DNA of 5,868 nucleotides from a virus (Duplodnaviria; Heunggongvirae; Uroviricota; Caudoviricetes): IMG/VR virus record IMGVR_UViG_2734482780_000006; one strand, 5' to 3'. Shown piece by piece: positions 1 to 5,868 of this stretch (position 1 is its first letter; each line of letters starts with the position of its first letter). The notes under the pieces were generated by a model. It saw only the letters and a program-made list of their open reading frames with translations, ran no database searches and was not told where the DNA came from. The position numbers and the translations under genes were made by a program.

Positions 1-59
1 CCGCGCTGGATGAACTGATACCGGGGTTGCTGAGTGAATATATCGAACAGTCAGGTTAA
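1..59 (+). CDS. nu1: Terminase small subunit (lambda Nu1-like), last 19 codons only; 5' end lies outside the window
   Basis: Translating from position 3 gives ALDELIPGLLSEYIEQSG followed by TAA at 57-59, which matches the C-terminus of lambda Nu1 as I recall it. The 26-nt overlap with the downstream GTG start at 34 reproduces the lambda Nu1/A overlap. Confidence 0.7.
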   Translation, partial: ALDELIPGLLSEYIEQSG

Positions 60-1536
60 CAGGCTGCGGCATTTTGTCCGCGCCGGGCTTCGCTCACTGT
101 TCAGGCCGGAGCCACAGACCGCCGTTGAATGGGCGGATGCTAATTACTATCTCCCGAAAGAATCCGCATACCAGGAAGGGCGCTGGGAAACACTGCCCTT
201 TCAGCGGGCCATCATGAATGCGATGGGCAGCGACTACATCCGTGAGGTGAATGTGGTGAAGTCTGCCCGTGTCGGTTATTCCAAAATGCTGCTGGGTGTT
301 TATGCCTACTTTATAGAGCATAAGCAGCGCAACACCCTTATCTGGTTGCCGACGGATGGTGATGCCGAGAACTTTATGAAAACCCACGTTGAGCCGACCA
401 TCCGCGATATTCCGTCGCTGCTGGCGCTGGCTCCGTGGTATGGCAAAAAGCACCGGGATAACACGCTCACTATGAAGCGTTTTTCCAATGGTCGTGGCTT
501 CTGGTGCCTGGGCGGTAAAGCGGCAAAAAACTACCGTGAAAAGTCGGTGGATGTGGCGGGTTATGATGAACTTGCTGCCTTTGATGAGGATATTGAACAG
601 GAAGGCTCTCCGACGTTCCTTGGCGACAAACGTATTGAAGGCTCGGTCTGGCCAAAGTCCATCCGTGGCTCCACGCCCAAAGTGAGAGGCACCTGCCAGA
701 TTGAGCGTGCAGCCAGTGAATCCCTGCATTTTATGCGTTTTCATGTTGCCTGCCCGCACTGCGGGGAGGAGCAGTATCTTAAATTTGGCGACAAAGAGAC
801 GCCGTTTGGCCTCAAATGGACGCCGGATGACCCCTCCAGCGTGTTTTATCTCTGCGAGCATAATGCCTGCGTCATCCGCCAGCAGGAGCTGGACTTTACT
901 GATGCCCGTTATATCTGCGAAAAGACCGGGATCTGGACCCGTGATGGCATTCTCTGGTTTTCGTCATCCGGTGAAGAGATTGAGCCGCCGGACAGTGTGA
1001 CCTTTCACATCTGGACGGCGTACAGCCCGTTCACCACCTGGGTGCAGATTGTCAAAGACTGGATGAAGACGAAAGGGGATACGGGAAAACGTAAAACCTT
1101 CGTGAACACCACGCTCGGTGAGACATGGGAAGCGAAAATCGGCGAACGTCCGGATGCTGAGGTGATGGCGGAGCGGAAAGAGCATTATTCAGCGCCCGTT
1201 CCTGACCGTGTGGCTTACCTGACCGCCGGTATCGACTCCCAGCTGGACCGCTACGAAATGCGCGTATGGGGATGGGGGCCGGGTGAGGAAAGCTGGCTGA
1301 TTGACCGGCAGATTATTATGGGTCGCCACGACGATGAACAGACGCTGCTGCGTGTGGATGAGGCCATCAATAAAACCTATACCCGCCGGAATGGTGCAGA
1401 AATGTCGGTATCCCGTATCTGCTGGGATACTGGCGGGATTGACCCGACCATTGTGTATGAACGCTCGAAAAAACATGGGCTGTTCCGGGTGATCCCCATT
1501 AAAGGGGCATCCGTCTACGGAAACCCATGCGACTGA
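34..1536 (+). CDS. A: Terminase large subunit (lambda gpA-like), 3'-truncated by deletion: about 495 homologous codons plus 5 junction codons (NPCD, stop); probably non-functional
   Basis: The 500-aa ORF starts at GTG 34 (MNISNSQVNRLRHFVRAGL...) and is near-identical along its length to lambda gpA as I recall it, including the VVKSARVGYSK P-loop region and the CPHCGEEQ...CEHNAC segment. Homology stops at ...IPIKGASVYG (lambda continues KPVASMPRK...), whereas this ORF reads NPCD then TGA at 1534-1536. Lambda gpA is 641 aa, so about 146 C-terminal residues are missing. Confidence 0.9.
   Translation: MNISNSQVNRLRHFVRAGLRSLFRPEPQTAVEWADANYYLPKESAYQEGRWETLPFQRAIMNAMGSDYIREVNVVKSARVGYSKMLLGVYAYFIEHKQRNTLIWLPTDGDAENFMKTHVEPTIRDIPSLLALAPWYGKKHRDNTLTMKRFSNGRGFWCLGGKAAKNYREKSVDVAGYDELAAFDEDIEQEGSPTFLGDKRIEGSVWPKSIRGSTPKVRGTCQIERAASESLHFMRFHVACPHCGEEQYLKFGDKETPFGLKWTPDDPSSVFYLCEHNACVIRQQELDFTDARYICEKTGIWTRDGILWFSSSGEEIEPPDSVTFHIWTAYSPFTTWVQIVKDWMKTKGDTGKRKTFVNTTLGETWEAKIGERPDAEVMAERKEHYSAPVPDRVAYLTAGIDSQLDRYEMRVWGWGPGEESWLIDRQIIMGRHDDEQTLLRVDEAINKTYTRRNGAEMSVSRICWDTGGIDPTIVYERSKKHGLFRVIPIKGASVYGNPCD
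1520..1535. other. Deletion/recombination junction between the truncated terminase A gene and an internal point of the side tail fiber gene
   Basis: gpA homology in frame 1 ends at about 1521-1523, and Stf homology (THATDAADSARAASTSAGQAA...) begins in frame 2 at about 1526-1532. Frame 2 is open from 1493 but has no ATG, GTG or TTG before 1712. Confidence 0.75.
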
Positions 1537-1711
1537 TGCTGCGGACTCAGCACGCGCCGCCAGCACGTCCGCCGGACAGGCTGCGACGTCGGCTCAGGAA
1601 GCGTCTTCCGGCGCAGAAACGGCATCAGCAAAGGCCACTGAGGCATCAAAAAGTGCCGCTGCTGCAGAGTCCTCAAAACGCGCGGCGGCCACCAGTGCCG
1701 GTGCGGCGAAA

Positions 1712-3709
1712 ATGTCAGAAACGAATGCGGCAGCGTCACAACAATCAGCCGCCACTTCTGCATCCACCGCGACCACGAAAGCGTCAGAAGCTGCCACCTC
1801 AGCCAGGGATGCGTCGGCTTCAAAAGAGGCGGCAAAATCATCAGAAACGAACGCCGCCTTGAGCGCCAGTGGTGCAGCGTCCTCGGCAACGGCGGCAGGC
1901 AATTCCGCGAAGGCGGCAAAAACGTCCGAGACGAACGCAAGGTCTTCTGAAACGGCAGCGGCACAGAGCGCTTCTGCAGCGGAAGGCTCAGAAACTGCCG
2001 CTGCATCATCGTCCCGTGAGGCGTCAGTTAAAGCGGAGGAGGCCTCAGCCAGTGCCACCGCCGCCGGAAAATCGGCAGAAAGCGCTGCATCGTCCGCTTC
2101 AGCAGCCACAACGAAGGCTGGTGAAGCCGCTGAACAGGCCAGTGCAGCAGAGAGATCTGCTTCCGCAGCGAAGACATCAGAGACGAACGCGAAAGCGTCG
2201 GAAGCCAGCGCAGAATCCTCAAAAACGGCAGCCGTATCGTCCGCCAGTTCGGCGGCGTCATCAGCATCATCGGCGTCAGCTTCAAAAGATGAGGCGGCAA
2301 GGCTGGCGTCAGAGGCGCAGGGCAGTGCCACGACGGCATCCGCGAAGGCGACAGAGGCAGCTGGCAGTGCGACAGCGGCAGTGCAGAGCAAAAGTTCTGC
2401 TGAGTCTGCAGCAACACGCGCAGAAAATGCGGCAAAACGGGCAGAGGAGATTGCATCTGCTGTGGGCCTGGAAGATGCCAGTACGACCACAAAGGGAGTT
2501 GTCAAGCTCAGTAACCGTACTGACAGCACTTCGCAGACAGAGGCCGCCACATCCCTTGCAGTCAGTAACGTCATGAATGAGGTGAAGACAAAAGCGTCAC
2601 TGGATAGTCCGGTCTTCACCGGTACCCCTATGACACCGACACCACCGGACGATGCTTCAGGTCTGGAAACAGTGAATGCGGCGTTTGTCCGCAAATTGCT
2701 TGCTGCTCTTGTGGGTTCATCTCCTGAAACCCTGGACACGCTGAACGAACTGGCGGAGGCGCTGGGTAATGACCCGGCGTTTTCCGTAACGATAATGAAG
2801 ATGCTGGCCGGAAAACAGCCTTTAAATCCCGTTCTGACTGCGTTAGGCAGTCTTCCATCCGGTGAAGATGGGTTTCCCAGTTTTAGCGGTAACGGGCAGT
2901 GTTCTCTGGCTCCTGTTTCTGAAAAAGGGAAACAGCTGTTGTCACAATCCACAGCCGAAGAGATGTGTGACGTTCTGGGTATCAATGGAAATAGTGGAAA
3001 CTCAGCAGCAGGCGGAAATTATGGGCTTCAGTCAGGCATTTATGACAGAACGCAGGGGCGGGCCGCTGTTGCAGGAAGTCTGGGATTCGGGCATATCTTC
3101 ACAAAAGGTGACGTTCTCAGCTTTTCGTCGAAGGAAGTGCTTCTTGACTGGATCTCAAATGCCACACCGGGGCGGTATACGGTCAGCGCTGACTGCGAAA
3201 TTATACCGGAAGTACAGTTTACAGGTGTGATTGATTTATTTTTCGCTGATGAGATGCGGAATAACCTTACTGTCCCGCTGATGCTGAAGATGGCTGTTTT
3301 TTACGGGATGAACGGTGAACTGTATCGGGCAACATACGATGCCATACATGGCCCTTCACTGAGTGAATGGGTGAAAATAAATATTGACCTGTATGATATT
3401 GCCAAAATCCTGAGCATGACCACAAACGATAATTATGGTGATCCGTATGCTGGAAGCATAACACTGGCAGCCTTTAATAGCCGTGGCAGCACTAAAACAG
3501 CTAGCGTCGTACGAGGGCAATATTACCCGGGCTCCGTCCTTACTCCCGTGGTATTCAGTGTTCCGGAGGGGGCATTATCGTCGCCGAAGATTGGGCTTTC
3601 TGGTACAGAGAAGCACACATTGCCGGGTGTTTACCGTGCATTATCCGGAACCCCGGATTACACCGGAGAAGGTGAGTTTATTATTGCTGCTTTTATAAGG
3701 ACGATGTGA
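1712..3709 (+). CDS. stf: Side tail fiber protein (lambda Stf-like), 5'-truncated, with a lambda-like Ala/Ser-rich shaft and a divergent distal domain; expression uncertain
   Basis: The 665-codon ORF runs from ATG 1712 to TGA 3707-3709. The stretch from ~1526 to ~2500 closely matches the central part of lambda Stf as I recall it (DSARAASTSAGQAA...AAKxSETNAAASQQSAATSAS...SETNARSSETAA...). The conserved DTLNELAEALGNDP...LAGKQP...LTAL motif lies at ~2735-2850. The last ~280 codons do not resemble the lambda Gly/His-rich C-terminus. Confidence 0.8.
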   Translation: MSETNAAASQQSAATSASTATTKASEAATSARDASASKEAAKSSETNAALSASGAASSATAAGNSAKAAKTSETNARSSETAAAQSASAAEGSETAAASSSREASVKAEEASASATAAGKSAESAASSASAATTKAGEAAEQASAAERSASAAKTSETNAKASEASAESSKTAAVSSASSAASSASSASASKDEAARLASEAQGSATTASAKATEAAGSATAAVQSKSSAESAATRAENAAKRAEEIASAVGLEDASTTTKGVVKLSNRTDSTSQTEAATSLAVSNVMNEVKTKASLDSPVFTGTPMTPTPPDDASGLETVNAAFVRKLLAALVGSSPETLDTLNELAEALGNDPAFSVTIMKMLAGKQPLNPVLTALGSLPSGEDGFPSFSGNGQCSLAPVSEKGKQLLSQSTAEEMCDVLGINGNSGNSAAGGNYGLQSGIYDRTQGRAAVAGSLGFGHIFTKGDVLSFSSKEVLLDWISNATPGRYTVSADCEIIPEVQFTGVIDLFFADEMRNNLTVPLMLKMAVFYGMNGELYRATYDAIHGPSLSEWVKINIDLYDIAKILSMTTNDNYGDPYAGSITLAAFNSRGSTKTASVVRGQYYPGSVLTPVVFSVPEGALSSPKIGLSGTEKHTLPGVYRALSGTPDYTGEGEFIIAAFIRTM

Positions 3710-4275
3710 TGAAAATAAAAAAAATCAGCGAACAAAGGTATCTTGAAACCGGAGATGTTGACTGCATGGTCGAGTTTTCAGGTATGGAAATGCCACTTCC
3801 ATACACAGCTTCGGCAAATGATACAGCAGAAACTGGCCGGCAAATCTGGCAGGAACTGCAGAGTGGCAGATGGGGTGAAATCGCCCCGTTCACAGTCACG
3901 CCTGAAGTTATTGCCGCAGCCAGAGATGCCAAAAAGTGGGAAATCGAAGCCTGGCGCACAGAACAGGAAGCGCAGCCGTTCACATTCGAATGGAACGGAC
4001 ACACCTGGAATGGCGGCCCCGACTCGCTGGCCCGCCTTTACCCGGTGGTAATGGCTGCAGGGGCTGACTCAGGGCAGTGGGACGTTATGACATGGAGTGA
4101 TGCTGATAATCAGCAGGTGAAACTGTCGATGACGGAACTGGAGGAGCTGGCTGCAGCTATGGCGCAGGCGCAGGTTGATCGCAATAATGAGATTTATCGT
4201 CATCAGCGTGAAATGAAAGAGGAACTGAGCAATCTCCTGGATTTGAAGCAGGTTAGGGAGTTCAGTCCAGAATAA
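3709..4275 (+). CDS. Putative tail fiber assembly/chaperone protein, family not recognised from sequence; hypothetical protein
   Basis: The 188-codon ORF starts at ATG 3709 (GTG 3706 is an alternative) and ends at TAA 4273-4275. Its start overlaps the stf stop (ATGTGATGA), implying translational coupling. Its position directly 3' of a tail fiber gene is the usual location of tfa-type chaperones. It lacks the lambda/P2 Tfa C-terminal motif (…LLEAWKKYRVLLNRVD…) as far as I can tell. Confidence 0.55.
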   Translation: MKIKKISEQRYLETGDVDCMVEFSGMEMPLPYTASANDTAETGRQIWQELQSGRWGEIAPFTVTPEVIAAARDAKKWEIEAWRTEQEAQPFTFEWNGHTWNGGPDSLARLYPVVMAAGADSGQWDVMTWSDADNQQVKLSMTELEELAAAMAQAQVDRNNEIYRHQREMKEELSNLLDLKQVREFSPE

Positions 4276-4302
4276 GAAAAAACGTAGTACATCGTATTCA
4301 AG

Positions 4303-4496
4303 AGTATCTATGCTGGCATCGTAGCTGTTTTTAAACAGTAAGTAGCCGTTGAAGGTCACAGGGGAAAAATGCTCTTTGACTTGGCTTCCGGGGACGCACT
4401 ATTTATCTCTGAACCAGCCCATTAGCGGAAAATGTCACCTGGCTGATGCCTGAGGGGATTGTCGGTGTGGATGATGCGCTCTGGGAGAACGATTAA
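4303..4496 (+). pseudogene. tfa: Decayed remnant of a lambda-type tail fiber assembly gene (tfa), internal fragment with an in-frame stop and a frameshift
   Basis: Frame 1 gives [39 protein letters not shown] against lambda Tfa ...[44 protein letters not shown]... After a frame change, frame 3 gives [13 protein letters not shown] against lambda PLPENFTWLSPGG. There is no start codon, and stops fall at 4339-4341, 4423-4425 and 4494-4496. Confidence 0.65.
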
Positions 4497-5071
4497 GGAG
4501 TAGGAAAGTTAGCAATGTTCATTTCCAGAGATAAGGTTGAGCAGGTATTGCTGAATGTGAAGCTATCATATAGTTTCATTAGCAATAATATACTTTATAT
4601 TGTTATTATATTTCAGATAATTCTTTCTATGGGTATCATAGGGGATGATCAATGCCTTGTCGGATTTGTCTTTGTTACCAAACATTAACAATATAAGGTA
4701 CAACAGTTTTTATCGCTTTTATGAATGAGAAAATGTTCTTATGCATTGATGTATTAAAACTATATGAACAGTGAGCGAAATACCAATAATTGATTGATTA
4801 ATGTACTATAACAAGTTCTTCGAAATCCATATTGAAAAAATGCTTTGGATTTAATTAAATATCTCTGTCATTTTTATAATGTATTTATAATGGCCGCAAT
4901 GTTATGTATTTGTTATACCGCTTTTTTTGATAAGACTTATCTGAATATTCCATATAAGACAACGCTTGCGCTATTTTTATCAGATGAATAAAATCCTGCC
5001 GCTTATTTTTAAAGCGTCATTTAATTGATTTGAATCTTATCTTTTCAATCTATTTAACATACGTCATTTCT
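4497..5071. promoter_or_regulatory. Strongly AT-rich non-coding spacer upstream of the adhesin gene; probable promoter/regulatory region (H-NS-type silencing target is an inference)
   Basis: There is an abrupt drop in GC relative to the flanking phage genes, and no ORF of 60 codons or more. Several sigma70-like hexamers are present (e.g. TATAAT within tttttataatgtatttataatgg around 4871-4893, TTGATA around 4928-4933, TTGATT around 5024-5029), but none has a convincing -35/-10 pairing that I can verify by eye. Confidence 0.35.
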
Positions 5072-5128
5072 ATGAAAAAACTATTTGTAGCCTCTGTTAT
5101 ATTTACAGTTTCAGCAAATTCTTATGCA
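5072..5128 (+). other. Predicted Sec signal peptide of the adhesin (MKKLFVASVIFTVSANSYA, cleavage predicted after SYA)
   Basis: The peptide has a basic N-terminus (MKK), a hydrophobic core (LFVASVIFTV) and a small-residue cleavage motif (ANSYA). Confidence 0.7.
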
Positions 5129-5868
5129 TATAATTCTTATAATGCCGGTGATAATAGCCAGGCAACTGATAGTAATGCGACAGCTATTGGTGCATATGCA
5201 AATGCTTCAGGTTCTTCTTCTACAACAATTGGCGCTGTTTCAAAAACCGAAGGAGCCTATAATACTGCAATTGGTTCATATTCTTCATCTCAAGGTAACT
5301 CATCGTCAGCTATTGGCGCAAATGCAAATGTTGTTGGAAATAACTCGGTAGCCATTGGTTCATTTAGTAAAGTAAACGGTGATTCAGCTATAGCAAATGG
5401 TGCGGGTAGTGAGGCAGTCGCTAATTCTACAAGTGTAGGTGCTGCGTCTAAAGCAACCGGGGAAAACAGTGTTGCATTTGGTTCCTCCGCCCAGGCGACT
5501 GCAGGAGATACATTAGCTATTGGTGTAGGGGCTACATCTAATGCAGAAAATGCCATCTCACTAGGCTCACAGAGTGTGGCTGAACATAATAATAGTGTTG
5601 CCATCGGCGGGGGAAGTACAACTGACAGAGAGTATAGTGTATCTTTTGGGACGGGTAATACTAATCGACAATTGACCCATGTTGCCGCAGGTACTGAGGA
5701 TACTGATGGTGTTAACGTTAAGCAACTGAAAGATTATACTGGGAATGAGATAGCTAAAAATAATACCGTAATTAATCAAAACATCAATAATGCCAAGAAT
5801 GAATCACTGGCATATACAGATCAGCAGGTTACCAAAAATAATGCTGTGATAAATCAGAATATTAATAA
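5072..5868 (+). CDS. Trimeric autotransporter adhesin, YadA-like head, neck and start of the coiled-coil stalk (Eib-like immunoglobulin-binding family is a hypothesis); 3' partial, continues beyond the window
   Basis: ATG 5072 is the first start after an in-frame TGA at 4985-4987, and the frame stays open to the window end (265 codons). The head carries repeated ~14-residue motifs (TAIGAYANASG, TTIGAVSKTEG, NTAIGSYSSSQG, SSAIGANANVVG, NSVAIGSFSKVNG, NSVAFGSSAQA, TLAIGVGATSNA, NSVAIGGGST). A neck-like motif follows (NRQLTHVAAGTEDTDGVNVKQLKDY), then an Asn/Gln-rich heptad-like stalk (KNNTVINQNINNAKNESLAYTDQQVTKNNAVINQNIN). Confidence 0.85.
   Translation, partial: MKKLFVASVIFTVSANSYAYNSYNAGDNSQATDSNATAIGAYANASGSSSTTIGAVSKTEGAYNTAIGSYSSSQGNSSSAIGANANVVGNNSVAIGSFSKVNGDSAIANGAGSEAVANSTSVGAASKATGENSVAFGSSAQATAGDTLAIGVGATSNAENAISLGSQSVAEHNNSVAIGGGSTTDREYSVSFGTGNTNRQLTHVAAGTEDTDGVNVKQLKDYTGNEIAKNNTVINQNINNAKNESLAYTDQQVTKNNAVINQNIN

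Noticed and set aside
94-861. 255-codon ORF on the minus strand antisense to the terminase gene, plus the small ORFs at 306-488 (-), 470-655 (-), 488-685 (+), 701-1000 (+), 964-1185 (-), 1189-1566 (-) and 1301-1492 (+)
   Set aside because: They lie wholly inside the terminase A gene, whose frame-1 translation is strongly supported along its whole length. Their translations are Arg/Leu/Phe-rich in a way typical of off-frame readings, and none has a recognisable family.
1594-2985. 463-codon minus-strand ORF and the Arg-rich plus-strand ORFs at 1527-1862 and 1869-2576, and 2028-2492 (-)
   Set aside because: These are by-products of the GC-rich, Ala/Ser-codon-dominated stf shaft, which is poor in stop codons in several frames. 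The products are extreme low-complexity (poly-Ala/Asp antisense, Arg/Pro/Gln-rich off-frame), and the frame-2 Stf reading is the homologous one.
2628-3698. Small ORFs 2628-2858 (-), 2862-3230 (+), 3267-3464 (-) and 3483-3698 (+) inside the stf distal region
   Set aside because: They are embedded in the continuous stf frame and are short with no start context or recognisable product, so I treat them as chance ORFs.
4276-4340. Possible rho-independent terminator after the chaperone gene (gctggcatcgtagctgttttt)
   Set aside because: The candidate stem has only about 3 bp of perfect complementarity before mismatches. The T-run alone is not sufficient, and the region is better explained as decayed tfa coding sequence.
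3693-4359. ORFs 3743-4051 (+), 3778-4002 (-), 3693-4004 (-) and 4069-4359 (-) overlapping the putative chaperone gene and the tfa remnant
   Set aside because: They overlap the better-supported frame of the 3709-4275 gene (coupled start, full-length ORF). The 4069-4359 minus-strand ORF spans the gene end and an interval with plus-strand Tfa homology.
4276-5071. Possible site-specific invertase crossover sites (gix/cix/pix-like) or a pin-type invertase gene, as found next to tfa in Mu, P1, e14, Rac and Qin
   Set aside because: I found no ORF resembling a serine invertase and could not identify a convincing inverted-repeat crossover site by eye. No inverted second fiber-tip cassette is visible within the window.
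5124-5779. ORFs 5124-5351 (+), 5290-5604 (-) and 5567-5779 (-) within the adhesin gene
   Set aside because: They are alternative-frame or antisense readings of the repetitive adhesin head region. The frame starting at 5072 carries the signal peptide and the YadA-type repeats.
1-5868. tRNA, rRNA, CRISPR array, attachment site or insertion-sequence ends
   Set aside because: No cloverleaf-compatible segment, no regularly spaced direct repeats, and no terminal inverted repeats flanking a transposase-like ORF were seen. An att site is expected elsewhere in the prophage, not between terminase and tail fiber genes.

Overview
This window reads as part of a defective lambdoid prophage of an E. coli-type enterobacterium that has lost its whole head and tail morphogenesis block. 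It opens in the last 19 codons of a lambda Nu1-like small terminase, continues through a lambda gpA-like large terminase cut off at about codon 495, and at ~1520-1535 joins out of frame to the middle of a lambda Stf-like side tail fiber gene. The fiber keeps a lambda-like Ala/Ser-rich shaft but has a different distal end, is stop/start-coupled to an unfamiliar 188-codon probable fiber chaperone (3709-4275), and is followed by a decayed lambda-type tfa remnant (~4303-4496). A strongly AT-rich ~570 bp spacer then leads into the 5' part of a signal-peptide-bearing YadA-like trimeric autotransporter adhesin (5072 to window end), which looks like prophage cargo. No rRNA, tRNA or CRISPR array was seen. 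All homology statements rest on reading the translations against remembered lambda protein sequences and need database confirmation.
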